From a virus (Duplodnaviria > Caudoviricetes): a DNA stretch of 64,000 bases. Below are positions 19,380-29,619 of the stretch, in pieces (positions within the stretch are counted from its first letter, which is position 1; every line of letters begins with the position of its first letter). The notes beneath the pieces are model-generated. The model worked only from the letters and a program-made list of their open reading frames with translations, had not been told where the DNA came from and did not search any database. Location of the stretch: positions 33,052-97,051 of IMG/VR virus record IMGVR_UViG_2513237329_000015; one strand, given 5' to 3'. Both the position numbers and the translations under genes were made by a program.

Positions 19380-21251
19380 ATGACACATATGAATGAGAAC
19401 TGGTCCTTACATCTGACCTTGTTGAACAACCGGACAGGACAAAAGATAGGGGCAAATTATCCCAAAAACAAATACGAGATTCTGGAAATGCTAGACCGCT
19501 GCCAAATCCCTTATGGGAGTGGCGACTATGCCCATCTGGCAGTTCCATTTCCTGATGGGACACCGGATAGCCTGCAATTAAAATTGGCTGGTGTGATTGA
19601 AAATGAGCATTGCCCTCCAAGCATTCGACAGGTAAATTTTCTGGCGGAGCAGCTCCAGCGGATGTCGGCGGAGAGCCGCGAGGCGCTAAAGCAGGAGCTT
19701 ACGGATATGCCCATGGCTGTTATTACGGATGTGATCCGCATTGCTGGCCGTTTGCTCTCGGAGCTGCCTCTTCCTCAGACCATTGACCTGTCTGAGCGGG
19801 CCGTCCTTCTGACAGAGCAGGAGCCTTATTTCCGGCTTAACGTGGCGGCCCTGGAATCAGAGAGCACGGAGGACGGAGTTTGGCTTGACCTTCCCATGAA
19901 AAATGGAGCGCTAGAACAGCTCATGCTTCATCTGGATGTTCAAGACACTGATGAACTTGAGATCCGGGGCCTTTCCGGGGTTGTGTCGCCGGACGATTTG
20001 GAACTCGGGGAGTATGAAATATTCCTTGCTGATATTCATGATTATGATGCTTTTGCCCGGACGCTGATGGAGTGTGTTCCTGTTCATGCGATGGCAAAGT
20101 ATAAGGCGCTTTTACTGGCCCGACCGACATCCATCCAAGGGGCAACCAAGCTGGCTACGCGACTGAGCTGTTATGAGTTTTTCCGTTACGCAGAGTTGCA
20201 GGACTTGCTTCAGGAACACAAACTCCACATGGACTGTAGAACTTTGGCGGATCATCTGAATTTTGATGAGACGAATTACGGCTTCATACGTTACAGGCTG
20301 GGACACAACCTGGATGTGGAACTAGATACGATCCGTTTAATGGAAAACACCAAAACGGAGGATGCCTTCTGGAATGCAACGAAATACCTGTTTGGGAGGA
20401 ATTCCCCTGATTCCTTTCAACGGTGGATTGCTTTCGTTGACAGGCAGGTGGAGTCTAACCAATATGCGGACAATTTTCCTTCCGCTTTTCCGCCCAACCC
20501 TGCTTTTACGGCTCAGTTTTGGCTGGGCTCTCTGCTTGCGGCGTTTTATCAGGTCGCAGAGCAGTATGGCGATGAGATTGCCTTTAAGATCTGGAGTTGT
20601 CCGTATTGTTATCCGCCCCATCAACTTCTTGCCCTGGCGGAGCACCTGAAAGAGGGTGGAATGATCGAGGGCGTGGCTCAGAAGGACTTCGGGCCGGACG
20701 GCCTGCCCCTGCCCTTCCCCATGCTCGCGGATGTGCTACCCACTGACAGCCCCTATTGGGAGGAAGATCCGGCCGCGGCTGTGGAACGGATACATCAGGA
20801 ACAGATTGCACAGAACAGAGCCCAACTCCGCACGGATCTGGCGTCTGGCACCCGGCAGCTCTGGGATTTGGAACAGGAGCTGCAAGGCCGCGCCGGAACG
20901 TTTCCGGGCTGGCTGCAGGGAGCCTACGAGGTGAACGAGGACTTTGAACAGTCTCTGGGGGAGGTAATCGCGGAGCTCTGTGAAACTTTCCAGGAGATCA
21001 AGCGCCGGTATGGAATTGAAATCGCCAGGGAGCTCTATAACGAGCACCCCGTGATTTTGAGCTCAGAGCTTCCAGGGGCGGCCCAGTTTCTCAGCATGGG
21101 CGGTTCCTGCAGTGGGGCTGCGGAGCTGGCCGGCGTCGGGTTCTTCATGCCGGAGGAAGATATCACGGAAGCTGAAATGGCACGGGCCGCAGCGTACATG
21201 AACGCCGGCGGCAATGCCAGTGAAGTCTATAAGGCAATCGAGCAGAACTGA
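19380..21251 (+). CDS. Acidic hypothetical protein, possibly with an ArdA-like antirestriction segment
   Basis: GVWLDLP...KYKALL segment resembles Clostridial ICE ArdA-like proteins. Confidence 0.5.
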   Translation: MTHMNENWSLHLTLLNNRTGQKIGANYPKNKYEILEMLDRCQIPYGSGDYAHLAVPFPDGTPDSLQLKLAGVIENEHCPPSIRQVNFLAEQLQRMSAESREALKQELTDMPMAVITDVIRIAGRLLSELPLPQTIDLSERAVLLTEQEPYFRLNVAALESESTEDGVWLDLPMKNGALEQLMLHLDVQDTDELEIRGLSGVVSPDDLELGEYEIFLADIHDYDAFARTLMECVPVHAMAKYKALLLARPTSIQGATKLATRLSCYEFFRYAELQDLLQEHKLHMDCRTLADHLNFDETNYGFIRYRLGHNLDVELDTIRLMENTKTEDAFWNATKYLFGRNSPDSFQRWIAFVDRQVESNQYADNFPSAFPPNPAFTAQFWLGSLLAAFYQVAEQYGDEIAFKIWSCPYCYPPHQLLALAEHLKEGGMIEGVAQKDFGPDGLPLPFPMLADVLPTDSPYWEEDPAAAVERIHQEQIAQNRAQLRTDLASGTRQLWDLEQELQGRAGTFPGWLQGAYEVNEDFEQSLGEVIAELCETFQEIKRRYGIEIARELYNEHPVILSSELPGAAQFLSMGGSCSGAAELAGVGFFMPEEDITEAEMARAAAYMNAGGNASEVYKAIEQN

Positions 21252-21263
21252 TAGGTTGGAGGT

Positions 21264-22379
21264 ATGGCTATGAATGTAACCGTAAACCGGGCCGAATTTC
21301 TGGCGGCGGCAAAGCGGGCGGCATCGGTTGCTCCGCTCTCATCCCCGCTGGAGCCGCTGAGAGGTATCCTGCTGGAGACCGACCGCAGGGAAGGATGCCT
21401 GACTATCAGCGCCACCAACCTGGAGGTTTCTCTTGTCCAAACCATCCCGTGCACCTCTCTGGACGTCGACGCCCTGGTACTCAATGCCCGGCTTCTGGAA
21501 GGGATGCTCGACAAACTGGAGGAAGACAGCGTGACGCTGATCCGTGTGGAGCAGCAACCGGTGGTTTTACTCACCAGCGGCCTTGCCACCTATAGGATAG
21601 GGGTATGGGAGCGCGGCCTCTTCCCGCAAATCGAATCGCCCTATCCGGCGGATACCGTCCTGGTCACTGGAATCCCTGCCATGACCAAGCGCACCATATT
21701 TGCGGTGGGAGAGAAGAAAAATACGCCCCTGCTGCGCTGCGTAAACCTCATGTTTACGCCGAACGGCCTGAAAGCGGTGGGCAGCAACGGAAGCTGTGTG
21801 GTCAGCGCGAAGGGGGACAGCCAGAGTACCGGCAACATCAGCTTGCTTGTGCCGGCATCTTCTCTGGGCAAGCTGGCCCACATGTGTGAGGATACGGATG
21901 AATTCCGGGTCGGAACCACTGGAGACCATATCGTTTTCTTCCGGGACGGACTTCTGTTCAGCGCACGGCTCATGTCCGGCCGGTATATCAATACCGAACA
22001 GCTCATCTCCTCTCTGGTCAACACCTTTACTGTTTTTACCGATGTGACCGATCTGCGTGATGGCCTTTATACCGCCTGCTCTGTGGAAGCGGATGGGAAG
22101 GTCATGCTGCACTTTGAGGGGGACCGGCTCATATTCCGCTGCGACGGCGTCTACGGCAGTGCGGTTTCCCAGATCGACGTGATCCCGTTGAGAGGGACGC
22201 CCCAGGGAGAGTTCTGGTATCTGACCCGTCCGCTCCTGACGTGCCTGGATGCACTTTCCGGTACGGTCCAGCTTGGCACGGCGCAGGGCGGTCTGCTGAC
22301 CATCTCCACTGAGGACGCTTTTTATATGCAAAACGGAGTGCGCCCGCCCAGTGAGCAGCAGTCCTCTAAGGCGGCCTGA
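21264..22379 (+). CDS. DNA polymerase III beta-clamp paralogue 1 (divergent)
   Basis: 371 aa; VNRAEFLAA...LRGILLE...LTISATNLEVSL; ARLMSGRYIN. Confidence 0.8.
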   Translation: MAMNVTVNRAEFLAAAKRAASVAPLSSPLEPLRGILLETDRREGCLTISATNLEVSLVQTIPCTSLDVDALVLNARLLEGMLDKLEEDSVTLIRVEQQPVVLLTSGLATYRIGVWERGLFPQIESPYPADTVLVTGIPAMTKRTIFAVGEKKNTPLLRCVNLMFTPNGLKAVGSNGSCVVSAKGDSQSTGNISLLVPASSLGKLAHMCEDTDEFRVGTTGDHIVFFRDGLLFSARLMSGRYINTEQLISSLVNTFTVFTDVTDLRDGLYTACSVEADGKVMLHFEGDRLIFRCDGVYGSAVSQIDVIPLRGTPQGEFWYLTRPLLTCLDALSGTVQLGTAQGGLLTISTEDAFYMQNGVRPPSEQQSSKAA

Positions 22380-22382
22380 CCG

Positions 22383-23225
22383 ATGGGTCTCAAAATACTG
22401 AGCTGCGGCGCGGGGATGCAGAGCACCGCTATGGCGCTCATCAGCTGCGCGCAGGTAGACGGCCCGGTGGAACACCCGGAGGTTCCGCGGTACGACGCCG
22501 TGATTTACTGTGATCTGGGGATTGAACCGGAGTGGGTTGCCAGACAGGTCGCCTTTCTGGAGGATGCCTGTACCAGACAGGGGATACCCTTTTACATTCT
22601 GAAAAGCGACCTTTATCAAGATTATATGGAAAACTTCGGCGTCAGGCGGGTGGCCGGTATGCCCTTCTGGACGCTGGATGAAGACGGAAAGGCCGGGAAA
22701 ATACACCGGCGGGCCTGCACGATCGAGTACAAGATCCTCATGATCCAAAAATTTGTCCGGTACAGACTTCTGGGCTACCAGCTATATCAGAGGCTGGCCC
22801 GGAAGGACATAGGGGCCCATGAACTGCACATCGGCTTCTCTTACGAGGAGGCTAACCGCTCATTCCCCAGTCATCACAAAATGTTCAAGAACAGATTTCC
22901 ACTCATCGAGATGAAGTGGCAGCGGAAGGACACCTATGCCTATAACCTGGACGTATGGGGGCTGGACACTAAGGCCAGCGCCTGCTGTATCTGCCCTTAT
23001 CATCAAAATTATTTTTTCCAGTATTTGAAGGAGCATTACCCCCGGCATTATCAAAATGTCGTAGATTTCGACAATATGCTGGAGAATATGCAGCCCCCAA
23101 GCCCGATCCGTAACCGTGTATTCCTGTCCCGGTCCAGAAAGCGCATCCGGGATCTCCGACCGGAGGACTGCGATGACGCGCAGACCTTCGATTATCAGGG
23201 AAGGCGGATATGGAACGGCTTTTGA
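22383..23225 (+). CDS. PAPS-reductase-like / adenine nucleotide alpha-hydrolase family protein
   Basis: ILSCGAGMQST PP-loop variant, CTIEYKI, IGFSYEE, FPLIE, SACCICPY. Confidence 0.75.
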   Translation: MGLKILSCGAGMQSTAMALISCAQVDGPVEHPEVPRYDAVIYCDLGIEPEWVARQVAFLEDACTRQGIPFYILKSDLYQDYMENFGVRRVAGMPFWTLDEDGKAGKIHRRACTIEYKILMIQKFVRYRLLGYQLYQRLARKDIGAHELHIGFSYEEANRSFPSHHKMFKNRFPLIEMKWQRKDTYAYNLDVWGLDTKASACCICPYHQNYFFQYLKEHYPRHYQNVVDFDNMLENMQPPSPIRNRVFLSRSRKRIRDLRPEDCDDAQTFDYQGRRIWNGF

Positions 23226-23242
23226 ATGAAGCGAAAGGAGGG

Positions 23243-23647
23243 ATGCGATTGGGACATTCCGGCATCTGCCGCTACTGCGGCGGCAAGATCCGCGTCGTAC
23301 CGGCCGAACAGATCTACGGCAAGGCCGCGGCGGAGCGGTTAAACCTGCAAACCGAGTATATCCACCAGTGCCAGAACTGCAATGCGAGGGTCGGCTGCCA
23401 CAAGGGTACCAAGCGTCCGCTGGGCTCTGTAGCCAACGAGACGCTGCGGCTCAAGCGCATGGAGACGCACCACGTTTTTGACAGTTTCTGGCGCAGGAAG
23501 GGTATGACGCGTACCCAGGCTTACCGATGGCTGGCGAAGAAACTGGATTTACCCGTGAAGCGCACCCACATCGGGGGCTTTGAGATGGACCAGTGCCAGA
23601 TGACCATCGACCTGTGTAACGTGGAAGAAGAAATGGAGGCTGTTTGA
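23243..23647 (+). CDS. DUF3268-like zinc-finger protein
   Basis: CRYCGG...CQNCNARVGCH...PLG...AYRWLA...HIG. Confidence 0.75.
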   Translation: MRLGHSGICRYCGGKIRVVPAEQIYGKAAAERLNLQTEYIHQCQNCNARVGCHKGTKRPLGSVANETLRLKRMETHHVFDSFWRRKGMTRTQAYRWLAKKLDLPVKRTHIGGFEMDQCQMTIDLCNVEEEMEAV

Positions 23648-23780
23648 ATGCGGGAATAAAGAGCTGATATTGAACAGCGGATCTTGACACAGAAGCCAAG
23701 GCAGAATATCCGGGAACAGGGGGGCAGACCAGCTCGGCAGCGGCCGGGCTGGTCCGCCTTCTCATTTGAAAAGAGGTTTT

Positions 23781-24062
23781 ATGAAACTTTATAAAATCAT
23801 TGACACTGTGATCCCCTATATGTGGAACACCCCCTGCAAAATTGCAATCTTTACCGACGGAAGGCGCATGAAGATCTATGAAAAGGTATTTCCCCGCTGT
23901 GCGTCTGGGTCGGCTTCCTGGGTTCGGCATCTCGGCCTGGAGGAACGGTTCCGCACGCCGCAGGCGGTGGAGGTATATCTCTCAGAGATTGAGAACGAGA
24001 CCGCCAAGGCGGTCAAACAGTACATTGCTGAAAAGACGCGGCAGACAAAGGAGGCACAATGA
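23781..24062 (+). CDS. Hypothetical protein
   Basis: AAGAGG RBS; in operon. Confidence 0.6.
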   Translation: MKLYKIIDTVIPYMWNTPCKIAIFTDGRRMKIYEKVFPRCASGSASWVRHLGLEERFRTPQAVEVYLSEIENETAKAVKQYIAEKTRQTKEAQ

Positions 24063-24063
24063 T

Positions 24064-24591
24064 ATGCACACCAATCAGGCACTGCGCGCGTATGGATGCG
24101 CGGAGTGCACCTTCTTGACGTGCCAGGGATTTGAACGCTACTGCGGAGGTTTCCCGGAAAAACGAAAGCCAAAGCGTTTTTGGAAGACCGATCCCCAGTG
24201 GAAGGCTCCGAAGTGGTGCCCACGGCGGAAAACCCCGGCCGTCTACCGTGTGTATCACTATAAGAACGACGGCTCCATGCTTCTGTCAAATGCACTTCTG
24301 CACTTTGACGGGAAAGGGCATGGCGCTACTGCATTTGTCAGCGACCGGCACTACGCTCTGGTTGCGGAGGGGACGACACAGCTTTCGGCCAGGCAGTTTT
24401 TGACATCCAGCCATCAGCAGCCGGCCTCTACCCTTCTGGACTATCCGGATCTCGTCTACGGAAATGTGGTGGAGATTGATGATGGGCTTCGCCCCTGCTG
24501 CTTTTATTACCGTAGCCATCGAAATTTCGCTGTCTGCTTTGAATTCCATCAGAGTCAATCGGAACCGCCGAGAAAAGAGGGCACGCCATGA
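24064..24591 (+). CDS. Cys-containing hypothetical protein
   Basis: GGAGG RBS; CAEC...YC...PKWCP; overlaps next gene (ATGA). Confidence 0.6.
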   Translation: MHTNQALRAYGCAECTFLTCQGFERYCGGFPEKRKPKRFWKTDPQWKAPKWCPRRKTPAVYRVYHYKNDGSMLLSNALLHFDGKGHGATAFVSDRHYALVAEGTTQLSARQFLTSSHQQPASTLLDYPDLVYGNVVEIDDGLRPCCFYYRSHRNFAVCFEFHQSQSEPPRKEGTP

Positions 24592-24953
24592 ACAAACCGC
24601 CTGCATCTGTTTCGGAACATGGGCCGGAGTTGGCGCTATATGAGTGCCGCATCCGGGAAAACGGCTGGGAAGAACCGTTCCGCTATATGCTCCTGGATCG
24701 TCTGCGGCAGGACTGCCTGTACTTTCTGGGCTTTGGAAACCGCTGTGAGCGGTGCCTCTGGGCAGGAAATATTCGAGACCAGATTGGCTATATGAAGGCA
24801 CTCTGGAACAGCTTTCCTTCGGCGGGCAAGCCGGAGTGGCTGCCCTGGGACGAGATTCTGGCTCTTGAAGCGCGTATGACAGACGATATATCGGCCGCTG
24901 GAAGTGAAGGCTTTTTACCATCGGGTACGGTTCAGTCCAAGTACCCAAAGTAA
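24588..24953 (+). CDS. LPD11-like (large polyvalent protein domain) protein
   Basis: FRYMLLDRLRQDCLYFLG...LWAG...QIGYMKALWNSF...KPEWL. Confidence 0.75.
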   Translation: MNKPPASVSEHGPELALYECRIRENGWEEPFRYMLLDRLRQDCLYFLGFGNRCERCLWAGNIRDQIGYMKALWNSFPSAGKPEWLPWDEILALEARMTDDISAAGSEGFLPSGTVQSKYPK

Positions 24954-24964
24954 GGAGGACCTGA

Positions 24965-25150
24965 TTGAAGAAACAGAGAAAACATTGTAACAACTGCCAC
25001 TATTCCTACTACCGCACGGAGGGACAGAGGGGCAAACGCCAACACTGTAACAATCCCAATTATAATTCAGCCGCTTATTCCCGCAAAATGCTGATGGAGG
25101 ACTGGGGCCGCTTCTGCCGGTTCTGGGCCCCGAGGCAGAAAAACAAATGA
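24965..25150 (+). CDS. Small Cys-rich hypothetical protein
   Basis: AAGGAGG RBS + TTG; CNNC...HC...FC. Confidence 0.55.
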   Translation: MKKQRKHCNNCHYSYYRTEGQRGKRQHCNNPNYNSAAYSRKMLMEDWGRFCRFWAPRQKNK

Positions 25151-25166
25151 AAAGGAGCGCCATCTC

Positions 25167-25535
25167 ATGAAAAACAACTATTCTATCGCCGAGCGCAACC
25201 GTATCGTAGAGGAACATCTCTGGTGCATCGACCGGGTTATCCGCAAGAACCGTTCGTTGATGCGCGCGGCGCGTCTGGACTATGATGACGTGTACCAGCA
25301 GCTCTCCATCCGGCTCATTCGGGCCGTCGCGGGCTTCGATCCCCAAAAGGGTAAATTGAAGCAGCATATCTTTGCCCAGCTCCGGTTTGAGTTGCTCAAC
25401 TGCAAGCGGCCATACCGTATGTTTGGTATGACCGGCCTGCCCGCAGACTACCGCGGCAAAAAAATCATCTCGATCGAGGATTACTTGGAACGACACAGCG
25501 GAGCGGAGCCCGATGGCTTCTTCCTGTCGGCGTGA
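25167..25535 (+). CDS. Sigma-70 region-2-only protein
   Basis: RNRIVEEHL...DYDDVYQQLSIRLIRAVAGFDPQKG; no region 4 in 122 aa. Confidence 0.65.
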   Translation: MKNNYSIAERNRIVEEHLWCIDRVIRKNRSLMRAARLDYDDVYQQLSIRLIRAVAGFDPQKGKLKQHIFAQLRFELLNCKRPYRMFGMTGLPADYRGKKIISIEDYLERHSGAEPDGFFLSA

Positions 25536-25615
25536 GATGGATGTGCAGTCAGTGATGGAAACTGTTTCCACAAGTTGCTGTAAGAATAATAATATTCAAT
25601 GGAGGACATACCGCT

Positions 25616-25960
25616 ATGAGCATTCGTTTGACGCAGGTTGAGCTTCAGTCGGAAGAGGATACCGTGATTTTTCTGGCTTCGGGGTATCTGAACTGCGTGG
25701 AACAGGTCAAGCCTCTTCTGGAGGCGGAAAACTTTTTGGAGGACCACGATGGGGAGGACATTGAAGTTTCCCTGAGCCATTATCTGTACGGAGACGAAGG
25801 GCCGGCATATGACGCCGACCAGAATCACATCCGTCTGATTCAAGCTGTTGAGGACACACCGGACTGGATCGGCGAGCTTGGGAATTTTCTCTTGCAGCAC
25901 GCCCGGCTTGTGGACGAGCTGATGTTTACCATCCCGGGCCAGCCGAACGAGCAGCCATAA
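25616..25960 (+). CDS. Acidic hypothetical protein
   Basis: GGAGG RBS; D/E-rich. Confidence 0.65.
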   Translation: MSIRLTQVELQSEEDTVIFLASGYLNCVEQVKPLLEAENFLEDHDGEDIEVSLSHYLYGDEGPAYDADQNHIRLIQAVEDTPDWIGELGNFLLQHARLVDELMFTIPGQPNEQP

Positions 25961-25984
25961 CACAAAGAGGGATGTGATTCCTGT

Positions 25985-26491
25985 ATGAGCATGGTAACGA
26001 AACAGGAGATCCTTGAGTTCTGGAAAAAGCATGAGACACCGGAGGCCAAAGAGGAGCGCCGGGAAGTAGAGGCGTTGAAAAAGGACCTTCGGATTGCCCA
26101 GGACAGCATCCAGGACGCGATTGCCCGCTACCGCAAGGCCAAGCTGCGCGCCCGCAGCAAGGCTAAGGCCAGTTCGGAGGATATATTTCTCCCTCTGGAG
26201 GAGTATTCTTCCCGGACCGACATCCAAGACGCCTATGGTTACGAGATGATTTCGGAGACGGAATATGACCGCCTGATGACCCTTTGGGAGCTGCGGGAGC
26301 AATCCAGCCGGAAGGACGGATCTTACACGGATCGGGTGGTCGAGATGCTGGAAGTGGCCAGCCGGGACATCTGGGATGCCTACGGTGATCCGGTTATGGA
26401 GTACGATGAAAAAGTCTCCCGGATGCACCGGGAGGCGGAGCGGATCGCTGCGGAGAACTGGCGTCGGGAGCTGGATCACACTGCTGAGTGA
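25985..26491 (+). CDS. Coiled-coil hypothetical protein
   Basis: ORF in operon; overlaps next gene. Confidence 0.7.
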   Translation: MSMVTKQEILEFWKKHETPEAKEERREVEALKKDLRIAQDSIQDAIARYRKAKLRARSKAKASSEDIFLPLEEYSSRTDIQDAYGYEMISETEYDRLMTLWELREQSSRKDGSYTDRVVEMLEVASRDIWDAYGDPVMEYDEKVSRMHREAERIAAENWRRELDHTAE

Positions 26492-26832
26492 TGGAGGAGT
26501 CCGTGAAGTATAAAAAGATTTATAACATTTTAAAGAAGGGCGGCGCGAGCATCACCCTGGATTACAGCGGCTGGTGGAGCGCGTATTGTCCCAATAACTA
26601 TATGGCCCGGAATAGACCTCTGTGGATCGTGGCCGAAGTCCCCCATCTTCATCTGAGACTGTGGATCACACATGAATTTGGCACGCTGAGGGTAACGACA
26701 GCGGACACCGCGCAGCCTTCCGACAGCCGTGCTTATCATGACTCCCAGATCCGCAGGACCTTCCGCAACCAGCGGGAAATGGCGGAGTATTTGGAGACGA
26801 TGCTGTGCCGGAACAGAAAGGAGGCCGTATGA
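26488..26832 (+). CDS. Hypothetical protein
   Basis: Coupled ORF. Confidence 0.65.
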   Translation: MMEESVKYKKIYNILKKGGASITLDYSGWWSAYCPNNYMARNRPLWIVAEVPHLHLRLWITHEFGTLRVTTADTAQPSDSRAYHDSQIRRTFRNQREMAEYLETMLCRNRKEAV

Positions 26833-27170
26833 AACTCTATTTTTCCACGATCCGGATCGCGCTCCCTAATACGGAAGTCTTGACCTACTGGGAGAGCGGA
26901 CACCCGGATGAGTACGATGTCCAGGAGCTCTTTGCCCGCAGCGCCCGCTATCATACCGTGGCAGAGCTGCTGACAGAGACGGCGGAGGTCGCAGTTTCCC
27001 ACTATATCTATGAAACGGAGAGCCCCGGGCCGGATGCGGTGGCGGAGCAGAGCCACTTCGATCTGCTGGACGCCTATAACGAGCTGGCCCGCCGGCACCG
27101 TCGGGCCCGGTTTGAGCATCGGGAGGATGTCTGCAAGGTACGAACATTCAGCCTTCACCTGGAACTATGA
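26829..27170 (+). CDS. Hypothetical protein
   Basis: AAGGAGG RBS, ATGA overlap. Confidence 0.65.
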   Translation: MKLYFSTIRIALPNTEVLTYWESGHPDEYDVQELFARSARYHTVAELLTETAEVAVSHYIYETESPGPDAVAEQSHFDLLDAYNELARRHRRARFEHREDVCKVRTFSLHLEL

Positions 27171-27182
27171 CGGAGGGATAGA

Positions 27183-28190
27183 ATGGATCACAGACGAACG
27201 ATTTCGCCGGCCTACTATGAAAAAATGGCTGAGGCCAAAGCTGTCTTTTGTTCTTACTGTACGCTTGGCGCAATGCTGTTTTGGGAAGACTGCGAGGGCT
27301 GCAAAATACAAAGGATGTTTCATGCAGTCCAGAGAACGATTAAGGAGGAAATGCCTCCCAAAGAACAGGGTGCCATAGTGCAGGAACAAAACACCTATGA
27401 GGGAATAGATCTGCCGCGGGAAATGATTGAGAGCATCGGTAAAGGTCCTGCCACTGAAGGTGGCTTCCGCACCTCGCCGGAATTTATCATTTGGGAGGAC
27501 GGTATGTACGAGGCGTTCCGGCTCCAGCTTGTGGAGGAGAAGACTGGCCTGCCTGACTTCGCCGGAACGGATGACCTGCCGCCTACCCAATCCACACTGT
27601 ACTATCTGAGGGTTATTTGTGTGGAACGCGGACAACGGACCATCATGGAAGCGATTCAGATTTGGGATACCAGCTATGCAAATGTCCGGAAGGAGATAAA
27701 GTCTGTTGTGGACCGACGTTTGCAACAATCAGTGGACAGCCTCTGGGGCATTGAAGCACTCCCTTTTCTGAAGCAATATCTGCTCTATCCCTATGCTCCG
27801 GAAGATCTGGCCGAGGAGCTGCTGAAGGAGTTGGCCAATCAGTCGGAAGCCGGGGGAGACACCGCCGGTTTTGTGTCTACGCAGGAGCATTTCCTGGCTG
27901 CTCCGAGGAATATGCGGGGTCTCCAGGATTCCTCCCTGATCCAGAATGCCCATGTCAGCCTAAGCCGGCAGGCCGGGAGCGGACACCCCCGGCATTTCCT
28001 GAAGGTCCGCAATACAATCCCCCCGAGGTTTACCAGCCTGCTGGAGATACGGGAGGCAAATGCGGCGGCCATTCAAAAAGAGCTGGAACGGCTATTAGGC
28101 TACTTGGCCGAGGTGGAACGGCTCAGGAACCCTCTTGCTCCTTCGGGCGGGGCAGCCGCTACAGGGGAAGGTCAGGGAAATGCACACTGA
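27183..28190 (+). CDS. Hypothetical protein
   Basis: GGAGGG RBS; 335 aa. Confidence 0.65.
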   Translation: MDHRRTISPAYYEKMAEAKAVFCSYCTLGAMLFWEDCEGCKIQRMFHAVQRTIKEEMPPKEQGAIVQEQNTYEGIDLPREMIESIGKGPATEGGFRTSPEFIIWEDGMYEAFRLQLVEEKTGLPDFAGTDDLPPTQSTLYYLRVICVERGQRTIMEAIQIWDTSYANVRKEIKSVVDRRLQQSVDSLWGIEALPFLKQYLLYPYAPEDLAEELLKELANQSEAGGDTAGFVSTQEHFLAAPRNMRGLQDSSLIQNAHVSLSRQAGSGHPRHFLKVRNTIPPRFTSLLEIREANAAAIQKELERLLGYLAEVERLRNPLAPSGGAAATGEGQGNAH

Positions 28191-29043
28191 TCCATACACA
28201 ACGCCATGGGCGGGACTTCATGCGTTCATCGTTCATTTGGGCCCGCAGAGCTGTCGGTGTCCCGGACTGCTGAGCGAGGCGGCCTTTGACCGCGTGATGG
28301 ACGCACTCAACTGGAGAATGCCCTACCATCTTCGGGCCTTTCACTGTTCGAGCCCGGAGACGGCGGCGGCAAATCCCGTGCTGCGGGCCATGCCGGAATT
28401 TACGGAGCCGCTGGAAGCTGTGCTGTTCACAGCCCCTGCAGCGCCCATGCGTCTGAAAGACAAGCGGCGCAAGCAGACGCTATCGGTACGCAGCAAGTAC
28501 GGCGACTATGCGCTTGCGGAAACGGAGGACGGCTATGGCCGCCTGTACCGCGTGGATGGGACCACCTCCAGCCTGATCACCAGGCTGGAGGCGCATCCCA
28601 TCACGATTCAGGAGGCCGGCGCCTATGTGGAGGCACACCACCGCCACAATGCAGGACCGAAGTTTCACAAGTTCTCCCTCTGCCTCCGGGCCCCGGGAGA
28701 ACCGGAACCGGTAGGTGTGGCGATTGCCAGCATACCCAAGGCCCGCCGCCAGATGGATGGCGTGACATTGGAGATCAACCGTTGCTGCACCGACCCACGC
28801 TATGCGGACGTGTGCAGCAACCTCTACGCCCGCACGATCCGGATTGGCCGGGAGATGGGCTACACCCGCTTTCTGACCTATACCCTGCCGGAGGAGAGCG
28901 GGAGCAGCCTGCGGGCGGTGGGATTCCAGCTGGACGGTACCGTACACGGTTCCTCTCACGGCTGGGATTCTCCGTCCCGTCCCCGTACTGCCGGACGGTA
29001 TCCGTCCGGTGATAAGCTCAGATGGGTGCTTTTGGCCCCATAA
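28180..29043 (+). CDS. XF1762/Mom-like GNAT-fold protein with N-terminal extension
   Basis: YVEAHHRH...VGVAI...P.AR..DGVTLEINRCC...CSNLY...TYTLPEESGSSLRAVGF. Confidence 0.75.
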   Translation: MHTDPYTTPWAGLHAFIVHLGPQSCRCPGLLSEAAFDRVMDALNWRMPYHLRAFHCSSPETAAANPVLRAMPEFTEPLEAVLFTAPAAPMRLKDKRRKQTLSVRSKYGDYALAETEDGYGRLYRVDGTTSSLITRLEAHPITIQEAGAYVEAHHRHNAGPKFHKFSLCLRAPGEPEPVGVAIASIPKARRQMDGVTLEINRCCTDPRYADVCSNLYARTIRIGREMGYTRFLTYTLPEESGSSLRAVGFQLDGTVHGSSHGWDSPSRPRTAGRYPSGDKLRWVLLAP

Positions 29044-29109
29044 CCAAACAACAGACCGGAGGTGGCCTTCCAGGGTTCGGAAGGCCGCCCCGCGAAAGGA
29101 GAATTTAAT

Positions 29110-29619
29110 ATGTCAATCTGTATTATCCATCTGTCCGATGGAAAAGTGGCCGGAGTCTACAGCAATACGCATGAACCCATGGAGGTAATGGTCATGGAGC
29201 GCGACGGCCCGCGGATGACCGAGGAGCAGCAGGCCCGGTACCGCGCATTTCAAACCATGGTGAAGTACGGCCTGGTCATGGACTGGCAGAATCCGCCTTA
29301 TCCTGTGCCGTGTGCTCCAGAATTTGCGCCTAATCTTCTGGATGAGCTGCTTGTCAGGCCGAAGGACGGCACAGCGGACAGGGAACGTCAAAGACTGGAG
29401 CTGTCCTACGCTATGGGCTATCTCGCGGCGCAGAGGAAGCTGCGGGAGACGCTGGAGCGTTTTACCCGCACGGGCCGGACGGTTATGGAGGAGTTCCCGT
29501 CGGAAATCCGGGATTTCTTTGGAAAGTACCAGGATGATCAGCTCAAGGTATTTCTGGAGTTGTGCGCGGAGGCGAACGGTACAGATGCCGCTGGGAGAAA
29601 GGAGTGCGTGAATGGATAA
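29110..29619 (+). CDS. Hypothetical protein
   Basis: GAAAGGAG RBS. Confidence 0.65.
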   Translation: MSICIIHLSDGKVAGVYSNTHEPMEVMVMERDGPRMTEEQQARYRAFQTMVKYGLVMDWQNPPYPVPCAPEFAPNLLDELLVRPKDGTADRERQRLELSYAMGYLAAQRKLRETLERFTRTGRTVMEEFPSEIRDFFGKYQDDQLKVFLELCAEANGTDAAGRKECVNG

